Source: Tubiluchus corallicola
Taxonomy: Eukaryota; Animalia; Priapulida
Length of the DNA stretch: 64,000 bases
Assembly (NCBI GenBank): GCA_030141605.1
Contig: JAQGDQ010000187.1
Coordinates: 124,001-188,000 of the forward strand
Reading direction: 5' to 3'
Both the position numbers and the translations under genes were made by a program. Shown here piece by piece: positions 14,622-29,208 of the stretch. A model generated the notes under the pieces. The model searched no databases. It worked only from the letters and a program-made list of their open reading frames with translations, and was not told the DNA's origin. The number at the start of each line of letters is the position of its first letter. Position 1 is the stretch's first letter.

Positions 14622-15444
14622 GTAAGCAAACCACGGATCTCGTAATTTGTGATTAGAGTGTGTAAAATACGCATTTCACTGAATATGTTCAAAAATATGT
14701 ATGTAGCTCTGAACTTGAGAGCAGCTGCTTAAGGTTTCTTTAGTTCGATCCCGTGTGCATGTATGTGCTCTGATTGATTGTGTACTGCTATGATGTAAAT
14801 TCAGACCAACTCTGCTAATTGACCGCAATAGCTCAGCCAGCAGAGCGTGTGTTTGAGAGTACAAGATTCTGTACTCAATTCCTGATTGGACCGACCACAA
14901 TTTTTCAGTGTCTTGTGTCTCCTTTTTCAGTTAGTTAAACAAATTTTAAGTAGGATGCCTCTTAACGAGATGGGGCATGCAGCCTAGAGGTAGCGTCGTC
15001 GTCTTGGCTACTGAAGTTAAAATAACATCCTAAACATTCAGCATCACCCTGGAAAGTGTCATTAGCTGTATTGATTTGGGCTGTTTACGTCACAGAGTTA
15101 CACATCTGAACGTGGCTGAGACACTTCTGTGTCTCATCTTAGTGGCTCATCTTAGAGACACAGTCTTGATAATGGGTCAGGTCCCGGTCTCGCCTCCACC
15201 ATTCAGTTTAAGTAAGACTTGCACTGAATACTGATTCCGGTTTGCAGGATTCCGAAATGTACTAAAAAATATTCCGTGCAGATAAACAAAATAGTACAAT
15301 CGAGTGTTTTCCCACTAATGCCGATGCAAATGACGTGCATTAAAGTAGTCCATATCATAGTAAAACAGTGCTTTAAAACAATCGAGTAACAATAGTGAAG
15401 AGGTAGAACCTGAGCTGTAGGAGCTTTTGTAGCTGAGAGCTTCA

Positions 15445-16545
15445 TCAATCAATATAGCCATGGGTTTCAGATATCTAAATCTTGCTCAACCAATTTTTTT
15501 GAACGTCTTGATGACTGGACTACGACTTGTGAGAAGGTGTTGATGTGATATACCTTGCTTTTCGTAAAGCTATCTATACTGTGCCGCATAAGCATTTGTA
15601 AGCTAAGCTACAATATTCTGGTGTTAGAGATTGTATTCTTAAAAGGATAAAGGCTTTCTTAGCGTCTCGCAGACAGCGCATGGTTATAATTGGCACATGT
15701 TCTAATTGGAGTCATGTTACAAGTGGAGTTCAACAAGGATATATATCAGGACCTGTTTTGTTTCTGTTATTCGTAAACGATCTACCAGATTCAATCACTT
15801 CAGATATTAGTATGTTTGTCGATGATACTAAAGTGTACCGTAAAAGTGCTTTCTACAGTTGATTCCACTCCGCCTTCAGCAAGACTTGTTCCAGTTAGTG
15901 ACTTGGTATGATAAATGGCTGTTGTTTAATGCTGACAAATGTGTTGTGTTACAATTCAAAGCAAAAATTCCAGCACAGTATTATGTGAATGGCAAAAAAT
16001 GTTATGTGAATGTGCAATTGTTTCTTACGACCTTAAACCTTCAGGAGGCAAAGAGAATGATTGGTTTGATCAAGCGATGTTTTGTTAAACGTGAGCCGAA
16101 CCAATTGTTAACGCTACGTAACGGATTTGTATGACCCATACTAGAATATTCAAGTATAGTTTGGTCTTCCTCGCTACAGTTTGGCATCAAGACACGGCAA
16201 AAAGTTTAAGATAGGTGCCTGCGTTTATGTTATGCAGCTGATTTACGTATTGAGATATGTAGGTATACACTCTCCAACAGTGAAGAGAAACAGCCGATGC
16301 ACATGAGGTATGTGAGCACCTGAATGGAGATAATCGTGTTTCGTGTACGAAACTGTTCAAAGCTTCATCTTTACGATCAGCTCGTGATCACTTTAAGACT
16401 TTAAGAAACTATTCGAACCTTTCGCAAGAACTAAATGCAAGAGGCCGTTCTTTTGTCATCGTGTAGTGGACATGTGGAATAGTTTACCAAAGAGTGTTAT
16501 CAGTGTACCTAATTTAAGCCTATCTAAGGAGAAATCGAAGGTTTC
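15445..16545 (+). mobile_element. Decayed, 5'-truncated CR1-clade LINE (RT domain and C-terminus)
   Basis: Motifs HGF..SCSTN, DVIYLAFRKAIYTVPHK, WSHVTSGVQQGYISGPVLFLLFVNDLP, MFVDDTKVY, FNADKCVVL, PILEYSSIVWS, FCHRVVDMWNSLPKSV; many stops and frameshifts. Confidence 0.9.
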
Positions 16546-19500
16546 AAATTAACTATGTTTTATGAAGTTATGAAAATTAACAAAAAATACCTATAAAGAA
16601 CTGTTTGTCATTTTCTATTGTCTATTACCGGAATAAAATAGAGTAAGCTTTCCAAAATGGTTATAATAGTTGTGTGATCTAGATGTACCGTGTGGTGTGT
16701 CATTTTGCCTCAGAATTCAGTTGACTTAACTATTTTTTTCTAAAAAACCAGTCCTGAATTTCATCCATTTTAGAAAAGTGAACTGTTCTCTCCATTGGCT
16801 TCCTTTCAAATACGAAAAACTGCAGCATTTCCACAACAATGGTCGATAAACACAACACTGCGTTAGATCAGCTGGGATGAAAAAAATTCATTAACACTTG
16901 TTCATAATAATAAAACTTGTCAATGTTCTGTTGCATTGCTGAAAAAGTCTCGTCATCTGATGAGTAACGCTTGAGGTAGGTAGCTAATTGCTGACCGAGT
17001 TGCAGAATATAAATACACTGAGTGGGCCATTTAACTCGTTGGACCATTTTGCCCAGTTTTCTCCCCATGGTTTTGTATATTTGTCCAGCTTAACGACTAT
17101 ACTACATGACCATTAGTGTGATGGCAACCAAAATTGCATTGTTATTGCAGGCTTGCAGCTACCAAAAACGCTGGGGAGTAACTTTCTAGCTGCACGCTGA
17201 CTACACCCTTCGCCCGCGTTTCTCTTACATGTTTATTATTTCGTGATAATTACTCAATTTCTGGTTTCATTGAATTGGTTTCATTTCATTAGGCATCTGC
17301 CAAGACGAAAGGTGCAACGTTGTCAATTTATGTGTTCTGTACTATATATTCTTGTAACCTTCTATCTCAGCGCCCAACAATTTTCTCGTATTCGCCTATG
17401 GAAAGATGGCATGACTTTTCTTCTGCGAGTTCTTGATTACGTAAAGTTTATGAAGAAGCCACGCATATTCTTGTCGCTTATATGGTTGTCAGTTTTTTTC
17501 CCAATTATTATGCTATCGTAAATAAATTAGTGACACATAACAGGCTACGCGATACTGTTATTTTATAACAGTTAACAATGTGGACTGAATTTATAGCTCG
17601 CCGCAGTAGCCACAAAATTTAGATTTATGGTCCATCAATAAACGTATAAAAGATGTTCCGTTTGAATGGCTAGTTAAGCTGTATATCTTTTCTTGATGAG
17701 ATGAATTCGCAAAACATTCAAAAATTGAGCATATAAAGCCGCAGCAGGTTTTAGTGACAATATTTTTATAAACTGTTAATCCTATGGAAAAAATCAATTG
17801 CGTTTCCATAAATCTTTTCAAACCGTAAAAATGCTACTGGGTTGGTTCTCTAATTGATCACCCAGATTGCTGCCACTACAGACTCTTATTAAAAGTCTTA
17901 AAATGTCCAGTCTTTATCAGCCCTAGGATAAATTTGGATGCACATCTTGGTTTTTGTAGACGTGGAAAATTGATCCGGTGTGCAGTTCATACTTGTAACG
18001 GCAACTGTGTGGGACTGTTCATATTCGTTATATGTAGTGTAAACGCTGGACTGGATCGAAACCGAACTAGATTTTGGTGAATTAGGCATAAAATTCACAG
18101 AGTTTTAAACGCTATATGCACTGCTATTAATATGACAGCGTTCCCTAACTGTTGTGCATGAGTGATTATTTATTGTTACCGGTTGTTAACAGTATGATGT
18201 TTCACGAAATGGTATGAAAGAAACCATGTTTGACGTTTTTGTTGGGTTTTACTGATTTCATCATTTCCTTAGCACTTTACTTTTTAAACTCGCAGTGTTT
18301 TTGTGTAAAGCCTATAGTGTACTTTTCCAGCTGTAGGGAAAGTAAATTGCCATGTTCACGCCATGTTTGTTTTTTGAAAAAATGTCAAGTGAATACGCTT
18401 TCGCTATGCCAGATGTTGAATTAATACAAAGCAGGCTTTTCTGGTGCCTAAGTCTAACTTATGTACGACCGACAGTTAAGTATTGTACAGCTCTGCAATG
18501 ATGATGCGAGTGTGGATAGAGCTTTGTTAGTGCACTAACATTTACAACAAAAAGACCTTTTTACGTGTAGGCCTCCAGCCGTTAATTTCTTTTAAGCGTT
18601 TCCTGTCTAAGCTTATTAACCACTGAAAGACTATTTCATTCCCGCTTTAGGTTGGTCAAACGACGTGTTCCGTAGTACACGAACATTCCACGTAATACAT
18701 ACTTAAGTGTTGAAAAGTCCAATTTGTTCAGTCCGTGGCCAATTTTTCTGGAATTTTGCTGAGTACATTGGCTCAGTTCTCCCTGCAAAGTGCTTGTGGT
18801 GTGCTTGATATGGATAAATAGGATAATCCTCATTCATCCCCCGTCTGTGTGTGTGCAGTCGTTTTGAACAACCACATTGTGTGTGACTGAGTGCAGTCTG
18901 GCTGCTTGCAGTTCATAAGAAACGCCGGTTAAATTTGTTTAAACTATAATGCTAACAGGTCATCGGCAGAACGTTCAGACAATATCAGGGCTGCTAGCGA
19001 TTATTGGCTGATTTTTGAAGTGACTGGCTTCTTGCCTGAGGTAGTAATTTGCTAGTTACTAGCTGAAGTTCCGTATTTCTAAAGTCTACCCAACCTACGA
19101 AAGCGTAAAATGCTTTTGCTGATAAAAGTAAATTAGTTATAGTTATTGGTTTAATATGAAATTTCGAGTCAAAAGTTAGAGCAGCAGTAATCCTAGCTAG
19201 AGAAGCAATATTTGTAATTGTTCATATTGTGTATGTAATTTGTGTCTTTGTTACTCAACAATCGGCTTAGCTTGCCTTTCGACTAAAAATTTATTTCTGT
19301 GTTGCCTATTTCTATGACAGCCAGTTAGAAACCTGGCAGAATAACAGACCTTGCAACTGACATACAATTGACAAATAAAACTACAGACAGGTTCGGAATC
19401 GAAAACAGAAAGCTAATCTGATAACTACTATAAAACTTATAGAAACCCATTAAAATTGGAAGTCTGTGGCATTCGTGGACACGCGTACGAAAAGTGCCTG

Positions 19501-20285
19501 CTAGGATTCATTAGTTAACTGTGGGCAAAACGAAACAACTATCATTGCTTGCAGCTTTTTACAATGTACATGTCATATCATGCCCTTAAACAACAACTAC
19601 GAACAACAACAAATCGGGAATTCAGCCACCTTTTAACTGTCCTGGGCTCGGAGTCGTAAATGAAATGAAATTTCAGGATTTTTGCTTTATAGTAGAACTA
19701 CTTTTGTTACACGGTCAAAGGTATTATGCAAAGTGTCAAATAAAGGGGACATTGTTATGAACAGTTTACTATACATGAATGTTTAGCTAGTATTATGAAT
19801 AGGTACTGTAAGTACTGCGGGATGGGAAAGCCACACACCTATCCTTCAACAAGTGCATAAGTTGGAAACCAGGTTGTCGTCCTAGTTTTATTTCGACGGT
19901 TTCAGTCGGCACGTCTATAGCTATGAAGTAAAGACGTTTGCTCTGTACGTGTTACCTGCAGACTATGTAATGTGTTGCAGTTTGGCATTTAGCATTATAT
20001 ATAGCTGTGATTACAGTTAAAGGACAGTAACGTTTTCGAGCAGTCTAGATACGTTGTGATACATTTTGTGTACCATCGGAGTTTACAGCCAAATGGATAC
20101 TGGGGATAATTTGCTTAAGCCGTTATGGAGTTACTACTGTTCATGTGGAAAGTTTGGACTGAATATCACTGCATAAATTTACCTGACGCTAGCCTCTGAG
20201 AAAGTTAAACCATTCACGATGTCATCTCACCTACCTCATAGACGGGACAGTGCACACTTCGTTTCCAGTGACGTCACCAGTGATT

Positions 20286-20371
20286 ATGTGGCATGCCAAG
20301 ACGTTAATGGACAGTAAACCATCTCAGCGTGGACAGGTTTTTCGGTGCACCTCCCAGGGAAAGGGTAATTA
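20286..20371 (+). CDS. Weak candidate alternative first coding exon
   Basis: ATG...MWHAKTLMDSKPSQRGQVFRCTSQGKGN followed by TA|GTGAGT in phase 2, inside a GC-richer island. No recognised homology. Confidence 0.3.
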
Positions 20372-20624
20372 GTGAGTACCTAGTGTATTAGAATTTAATT
20401 TGTTTATCTTTAGTTGGGTTTTGCCTCGTATTTATCTGATTGCTTTTGAAAATTATCTTTTTGATCATATCATCACAAATTTGTTAATTAAATTTTGATT
20501 GTTCTTTATACACAAAATATGTATCTTGGAGTGCGTTTCTTTGTGAACGTTTAAAAGGTATTTGAATAGTGAAAATATTATGAATAGTTCACACTTTGTT
20601 AGCTAAACACAATAACAGCAACTC

Positions 20625-20690
20625 AAGGCCGACACTTAAGATCCCACTCGTGATTCGAACCCACATCTTTTATCTCAAGGTACGCCCCGT
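20625..20690 (-). mobile_element. tRNA-derived SINE head remnant
   Basis: Minus strand GATGTGGGTTCGAATCACGAGTGGG contains a B box; no intact cloverleaf. Confidence 0.35.
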
Positions 20691-21639
20691 AGAGGTACCT
20701 ATGAGAAACTGATTCAGTTTCTAAACTATTAACATCTGTGTACTACTACCTCTCCGCTCGGCTAGGAGTACTAGTTTGGGAATTGTTGAAGAAAATCTGG
20801 CTTAAATAAGGAACAGAAAACCAACAAAGTAAAACCCGGCGTCACAGACATCTTGCGTATCACGGAGTATTCCATTGGAGATTAATGCTCCGTGGTACAA
20901 ATAGCGCCTTGGAGACTTGATTTCATGATTATTCTAACATGAGAGACACGAACACCTGCTTTAAAATCTCACTGACATTAACGGTTAATAAATTAGCTAC
21001 ATGTAGCACGTGCATTTATCACAGGTAGGAGGAAAATAACCGAAATAATTGTTTCCTTCATTTCTTTTTAGCCAGATAAAAATATATTCATTATTGTCAT
21101 TACAGGCGCTCTTTAGCTGCTATTGTCGAGAGCCACATTAATTCATCGATATTTTTAATATAGCCTACGAGTAGGGGATGCAGTCGGGACGACGCCCTGG
21201 GGCAATGAGTGTTATAGAGGGCCCAGTCTTGTACCGCAAAGCATTACGTGTAACGAAATTACAGTAAAGATTACAAATTTCAGGAACTACTATTGGTAAA
21301 TAATGTTATCACATACGTATCAATAAAAAAACTAAGATTTTCATTAATCCCATTTGTTCCATTGTATACAAATTGTCTCCTGCATTATTCTGCATTTTAG
21401 AGATTTTCATGGGTCAATATTAGAAACTGGTGAATACTGAAAAACTTGCTTTCATTATGAATTCTGATGTTTTAACTAGAACCCTTGCTCGTTTTATGAA
21501 AAACTGTTAGTTGGAGAGACAAAAAGAAATCTGTAAGCAATAAGTGTGTAAACTTTTACAGAATTGTAAGGTAATTTTATACCGTGTATAAATCATATGA
21601 CCCGTATAAATTTTTGTCACGTGTACAGTGTACACGTTA

Positions 21640-22739
21640 TACCCGGTTCACACAATCCAACAAAATCGGATTGTCTGATGAAGTCCGACGAAGTCGGATG
21701 AATCGTTTACACAGTCAGACAAAGTGGTCCGACAAAATCGGATAGTGTCGGACAGACTTGTCGGATATCGTGTAAATCGACTTGTCGGACGATGTCGGAT
21801 GAAAGTCGGGAATTGCTCAACTTTTCATCCGACGATCTTCCGACTTCTGGGATAGCAGCTAATAGTAACGATTCTTGCGTTCACGTGACATTTTATAGAC
21901 TTAGTTTTAATACAAATAAGGCATAGGAATAGACAATGCGGTGTAAGAATGGTCAACGACAGGCCGTGGTCCACTACGGAAATAGAAGATCTAACAGGTT
22001 CAAATAGAAAGCACGAATGCTTATATAATACAAAATGTAAACAGTATAAAAACAGAGATTGTCGCGACAAAACACTGGCAGACATTTTGCTTTGCTGAAG
22101 AGATCAGGTAAATGCATTTTAATTGCACTAGACCTGTTGCACTAATTGCTGTATTATTTTTATTTACCCCATTGTTAGTGAAATTATTGGTAAAACACTT
22201 TCTCTCATATTTGTATCCATTCTGGATATGAGGACAGCAACTAACTGCAATAGTTCAGCAAAATTTCGGGAGCTATTCTAGGAAAGTTTCTATAATTTTC
22301 TTGTTGATAAATTCTGTTGATCGTGCACGTACAAATCTTAGAGAAGACACAGATATGCTCTAGTGTGTTTTTTTTGTAGCCACTCTCACACCCACTCTTG
22401 TCATTCTTTGTTTCATCCTTTTTCGCATAATGTACACTATTGCTAGAAGAGCTGCTTTTTGAAGTTTGGTTTTCTGAGCTGTCTTCGTTAGACTATTTAT
22501 TCACTTTACAATCATGAAAATAACCTCGCACGTGAACGAAACGCAGAAATGTTTAAATTCCCGCGCAAATGCAAGCTGTCGGATGATTCTGCTGACTTTG
22601 TCGGTCGAGAAAATCGGATAGAAGTAGGATCGTGTAAATCTAACATCCGACATTGTCCGGCACCAGCCCGACTGCATCCAGCAACGTCCGATTTTGACGG
22701 CCGACAAAGTCGATGAAAGTCGGATCGTCTAAGCCGACA
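21640..22739 (+). mobile_element. Non-autonomous PIF/Harbinger-like element carrying a MADF (Myb/SANT-like) pseudo-exon
   Basis: Imperfect TIRs (CCCGGTTCACACAATCCAAC vs reverse complement GTCGGCTTAGACGATCCGAC), TTA near both flanks, dense TCCGAC/GTCGGA subterminal repeats. 21949-22090 translates with one frameshift to WSTTEIEDL...RKHECLYNTKCKQYKNRDCRDKTLADI. Confidence 0.75.
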
Positions 22740-25700
22740 TTACGAAAATATTTAGGCCTTAGCAGGCAGTGACTTGTAAGCCTAAATGGCTGGGTTTACG
22801 TTTAAATTTTTGTCGTACACGAAACAGTCAAAATGATTGTAAATCTAATGTATGATGCATGCAAACATGCTGCTTTAATAAATATTTTCTCACTCACTCA
22901 CTCACATTAGCAAGCTAGTCAAGTAACCTCTTTTTTAAATTTTTAAGCTATTTTTAAATTTTAAGTTCTTTTGTATTTACTTAGTTATTAGTGTAGGGAG
23001 TTATGCTGCATTGCTGAATAATTGTTTTTACAATTAGGCTAAAGGATTTCCCAATTTAGAACTAGTTAAGCTCATACGCATTGGTTGCTGGAATTAATTG
23101 ATACCTAAAAGAATTTACATTTTTTGAGTTATATTCTTTCTGCTAGAATAAGCCTAATTTGATCTACCGGCGGAGATGTGGGGGGGGGGGGGTGTCACTG
23201 GACTGGGTGTGTAATGTAGTAAATGAAAAGGAAATAGCGCACTGTTTTCATATTTTCATTTTCGATGTTCAAACGTCATCCCCAATCCATAAGCTTCCAC
23301 CCCTTCTTATTAATATACGTTTATTAAAACAATGTCACGACGTTAAAGAACTGCAACTTGCAGGTATCAAACATACTAACTTCATATGTTGCATTGATGT
23401 CTGAAGAACTAATAAAATTATGTCATTTTAAGTTTGTAACCATTATTATTTATACCTTAATGCTTCGAAATCCTGATATGTAGGGTGTTAGTGTCAATCA
23501 CAAGCAATACGCTGACAATTTGAGGCTATATTGTAGACTTGCAGTGGATACACATAAAAAACTTACATCCCTGTATTCACATCTGCATGATTTTTTTTAG
23601 AATTTAATTTCTTCATGCACATCCGTCTAGGGTTAATTGTCAGCATTTGATACGCTTACATATGTATATATATTCATTTTATATAATGTATTCATACCTG
23701 TGCGGATATCTGTATACGTGCATGTGTATGTAGTATCATAGCGTCAGTATGTTTACATTATGATATGATCTGCGAGATGATTGCCACTTATCTTTCTCCT
23801 TGAGAGCTGGCTAAGCAATGCATATATTAAAGGATTATGTTTTATGGATAAAGGGATTATAACACATGCTATATTGAGCTCATTTTTTAACATCCAACGC
23901 AAACGTATCTTATCAGAAGTGCGAATTTCTTTTCGCCCAGCAAAGCGGAAATCCGGTGAAATCAGCCGAGAAATTTACCAACTCGAGATTTTTCGCTCGG
24001 AAATCTATTAGCCTCTCATAACCCTGGCTTCGCAACTTTCAACCTTATCACTGATTGTGTGAGTGCGTCAGTGTAATACGCAATTGGGTGATTCATTTCG
24101 TGTGAACAGTGCTCTAGTATCTCTACTCATTGCAGTTCAAGGTTTCTAATTGCAGTCTAGCGAGGATTTAATAGGTTTCCAGAGATTAGTGCATATTAAT
24201 CGAACTACTTAGAACTGGTTGTGAATTTGTTATATCTTAGGTTAGCTTTTGCCATGATCAAAGGAAGATTTCCTTTAGCAATCAGTAATGGACGCCGCAT
24301 TTTCGGGGAGCTTGATGAAGCAAAATAAATATTACAAAGACTGGATGTTGGATTAAGCCGTGGCTTCTTGTGTGCCTAGCAGTATCTCATAATAAAGTGG
24401 TAATGGATGTATGGTATTCATTAAAAGTCGCTTGGAAGACAGGTTTCCCGCCTTTGATGAGTTGCCTAAGCTTATGCAGTGTTATTGTAATACATAGACA
24501 AACAATCGATATTGCCTTACATATCTATACCTACCCCCATATATTAGTATTATAACAAAAACTTTTTTCTAAATTATTAAATTTTTAATACTCGGTGTTC
24601 GGTAGTTTTTAGATATAATGTGATAGCTACTCTACATGCATTTGTAACAACATGCAAATATGAGAACTAAGTCTGGAAGTTTTTTTCGCTTTCTTTTTTA
24701 GATTTAGTTTCTCGCGGCCATGTTTGGTTTAAAAAGTTTAATAATTGTAGATACGCTATAGGTTGTTTGTCATGTTTGACGAAGTTTCAATTATTTTTTT
24801 ATTGCAGTGTTTGTGTTTTACTGAAATTCTCAATTATGCATATTATAAGTTTTTAATTAGTTGGTGCACCGATGTGGCTCCTGAATGTATAGATTCACTT
24901 AAGCTTCTGTTTAATAATGCATTCCTAGTCACAAACCAAAATTACTTATTGATGTTCCGTTAATCACAATTTACAAAGAGGACTAAACTGCAACTTCATA
25001 ATTTAATGTTATTCAATGAACATTATTAGAGAAACCTTAGGTGTTGGGGAATAACTCATGTAAGTTCTCAATTTTAAAAGAAGGCCTGTCCGTCGTGCTC
25101 GTAAAGTTTCTCTTGGAGTCCTGTACACTAGAATAAGGGTGAACAAAGTAAAAAAATCTGCATGCTTTAACTGTACATTACTACTATTGCATATTAAATT
25201 AGTACTACGTGTTTATTAAGAGTTAGGTCAGGATGAAGAAAACGTACTATGTCATTTTGTGAAAACTGGGCGAACTTTTAAGGAATTTTATAACAATATG
25301 GACTTTAGTAAATTACAGTTATTATGTAACAGTTTAGATCAACATAATCTGGTACATTTTTGTTTATAAGTGTTTTAACATTTTCAAGTGATCATATTTC
25401 CGTATAACTAACCTATGTTACCTAGCTTGCAGTTTTTGAAATTATTTGTAACTGTTGTGACTGGACTGTCACCAGTCAATAAATTTACTACTACTACCCT
25501 GTTTTATACTTTTTTAGACTTTGGAAATGCAAGTAGTTTCCTGTCTTGCCTTTGACTGTAAACACTCTAGCTAAACCAAACGAAAGAGCTCTCGCTTGTA
25601 TTTACACAATGTAATTTATTACCTGCACCAGTCGAGATAATTCACTGTTTCATTTAACAGTGTTTCGAAAGTTATTTAGGATTGTTTTATGGCAAATAAA

Positions 25701-27045
25701 AACTGGCGTCGAACGATATCTGTGCGAAACAGCTCTCTTTTCGTTTCTGTTTTGCTTCAGATGTTGACAGGCAAGTCAGTTTGATGGAGGTTCTGCTAGC
25801 CAGCGTCCATTTAATGGTGACGTTCGCATTATGACATGATGCTTATTTTAGTGGATGTTCACAGAACAATCTATTTTGTCACGTACAACATTAAAAGGAT
25901 TTGCAGCTCATGCTGATTAAAACAACAAAAATTATCATCATTTTGTGGCAGTGAAAGAAAACGCAAGACTACGTTGAATAAAAAAGTTGCACTTCCTTCT
26001 CATAGTCGAGACTTGAGGAAATTACAAGAAATAACTGTCGTATTAAGATATTATCAGTATTGACATAAAGTGCTCAAATTCTAAAAGATTATACCTATGT
26101 AACAAAGACTAAAATTGTAGTAAACACAAACTTAAGTATATTTCTGCATGAAAACATCGTATTATACGTGAGCTACGTTTCAGCAATATGGTTAACCATC
26201 TTCAAATTTAGTTGAAATAACATTGTTGTGGCAAATTTAAAATTGCGCAAACATTACTCGCAAAATTCAAGTAATACCAACCCTTAACACACCTAATCAA
26301 TTCGCAATAATAATCCTTCTTAATCTAAAAATATGAGAAACTACATATATAAAAACATATCAGGAATTGCAAATTTCCATCCAAACATAAGAAGCCTGGG
26401 ATGTAAATGGGATGATTGGGTAGTCAAGCATGGTCGCCAATACTAGAATAAGGTGACTGAAACTTGGTTTTCCAGGTATATTTCGTCTGTGCTCAGCTAA
26501 AGTGTATATGTATATGCCTGGAAATCTTCCCGACATAGAAGGCATTGCAGCTTTGACAAGTGCATTTGTATACAACGTTTCACTGAGCTTCGAACAGAAA
26601 TTTACTCTTCAACGAGGAAAAAACTAGATATACAACACGGGTGTCTAAAAACTAATTGTAAAGAGACGCATGTGAAAGAAGTACTAAGCAAGTGATGCAG
26701 TCTATTTTTGATGACTGCATAACGCCATCTGTTTGCTTGTAACTAGAAGCCCATTTATGTAAATATGTATTTTAAAATAAAAGATTAGTCATCATCATCA
26801 TCATCACCATCCATTATATTTCATTAGAATTAATTTTTTACGCTAAAAAAAGCAACTAACAAAATCTTTTAACTTACGTCAAATACACTTTAATAGATGT
26901 AAAATCTTTTATGCAAGATGTAATTATCGTGGCAAGGTTATAAAACAAATTTAAGTAGCTCGTCTATACTGAAGTAGAGGAACTAATGATAAGTTGAAGA
27001 CTGTATCATAGCTTACTGACCAAGCAAGTTTGACTTGAAGTTGAA

Positions 27046-27435
27046 TTATTAGTCGAGGGACTCGCGGAACTCAAGATCGCGGATTAGAAATGACGTCGAT
27101 GCCTCCATCTTGAACTTAAGATAGTAAACTGAAAATCCTACTCTGGCGATCGATGCATCGTTCTGTACATTCCCGTAGAGTTTCATAACGATCCGTTGCG
27201 AATTAGTGGAGCCTTGGGCTTTTTGAAAATTGCGTTACCGCCGCCATCTTTAATTCGAAATGGCGGATCGAAAATCCGACTCTGTCATTCGAAGCAGAGT
27301 TCGTTCTGGGATATTCCTATAAGCTTTTATGACGATCCATTACAAATTCACAGAGCTTAGGCTTTTTTTCAAAAGGTCATCTCCTAACAACATCCAGAAG
27401 AATAGCGATTTGGTCGAGCCCATCGGCAAAAATGT
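27046..27435 (+). mobile_element. Helentron/DINE-like non-autonomous rolling-circle element with an internal tandem duplication
   Basis: Two diverged ~135-bp units (CCATCTT..AAAATCC(T/G)ACTCTG..ACGATCC..GAGC(C)TT(A/G)GGCTTTTT). Begins TTATT and ends in a short A-run. Resembles GCCGCCATCTT-type invertebrate Helentron derivatives from memory. Confidence 0.55.
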
Positions 27436-29208
27436 CACACAACACTTGCCAACAGTCTAGAAAGTACAGCCTTATATAGGAACAGAATAAGGGATGTCAA
27501 AATTATCGTGAACTGATGACGGCAAAATCGAAAGAGTAAATACATTAGGCAACTGTTTTTTGTTCGACTGAAGAACTTGTGATTCGATATATATACTCCT
27601 TAGTAGCAGTGTGTTTGTTAGTACCACTGCTAAAAAACTATTTTCACCTTTTTTAAATTCACTCAAATTCAAGCTGAAATCGCTATAGATCCAGAACAGG
27701 TCGATGGACAGAAGTAAATATACCACGTCAATATATATTAGGGTGGTTTATTTAGTTGATTTCCTGCATTACTACTACGCAGAATATTGTTGATGTTTTC
27801 TTAAACCATTAAAGCTAGTTATCGCTAAGGTAACCGATGCAATCACCTTAAAAGAAACAATTTTTCTGTCCAGCGAGGAATGATACATATTTTACAGAAT
27901 GCAGTGAACCCTTTCCTTGCTGTAGACATATAATAGCTCTTTCAGCTTGCTTCTAAATTAGATCTAATTTTCATTTCCACGGGGCTTGGCGATTCTTCCC
28001 TGATTTAATTAGTGGAAGAAAAATGACTTTCTTGCGTTTGCAGCGAGACACTTTCGCTTTGCTATTTCACCTTCAAATATTTCATAAAATCATTGCGGAA
28101 CATTATTTCCATGGCTTCTAACGAAACTATGCCGCAGTTGATGTAAACGGAGCTCATTAAAGATGCAGCTAGTGCTTAATTAATGAAACATTAATGAAAC
28201 AGTACGTATTTTGCGTAACATTCTATGACAGCTTTAATGAATTGATTATTCTTGTGAAAATAATGGCAATACGTTTTGTTCATTATTTCAGAAGTAACTC
28301 TTCTATAACTTAGAGTGACCTAGCTAACTTAAAACCTTGCTAATTGAAGTTACAACTTTGTAACATCTCACATTTTAATCTAGCTACGTACGTCTTAATT
28401 TACTTATTTAAAGATTTATATGTATTTGATTGATTGGATGTGTTGCCGCTTTATCAAATAGGCAACAATTTATATAATACTTGATCAATTTCTAGAAGTT
28501 TTTGTTAGGTAGTTAATATAAAGCAGTTAAGATGCACGTGCGCACTGTGCGAGCGTTTCGCGAGAAAAAGGCTTCTAGTAACGTTTTTAAATTTTTTGTA
28601 ATAAGAACAATATCCTTATAACAATTCTTATAATTCATTCTTTATAACAATGAAACTGCTTCTGGTGTGTCGAATTTGTAAATAGCCAAGTAAGACCCGT
28701 TTGTGGTGTGTTAGCACTGCAAACTTTCATGTTGCTTCTGTTTGTGGTGCGTTAAACAAAGTTCACAAATTTGTTATTTCTTGTATTCCTAAAAACTAAG
28801 GGGATTTTGATTGGCCAGGCAGCAGTGTTGCTTAACAAAGCAAATATTTTAAATTACACATGCGCTAAACTACAAAGTATCATTGGAACGAATAAGTTCA
28901 AAACGAATTTAACTGAAGAAAACAAGCAGCTATAAATTTATTGTTTAGTTTAGTGGCGAATGTTGCTAAGTGCATGTTTTACTCCAATGACTACAAAAAT
29001 GTTAGCTGTGGGATGCTGAGAAAATCAGAACTAAAGTTATCAAGATTTTGTCTACATCTCATATTTGCATTGTCTAAAGTTAAAGTCACCAGTTAGCGCA
29101 CCGTGTTAAAGTCGTTTGTTAAATAATGTTAGTAGGTAAAAATGTTGTCTTATAAGTTTAGGATGGCAGCTTTCAACATAATAATGTAAGTTGTATTTTC
29201 TTCATTAG

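Noticed and set aside
25761-25770. Possible 10-nt microexon (TTCAG|ATGTTGACAG|GCAAGT)
   Set aside because: Needs a GC donor, is not frame-preserving and has no other support.
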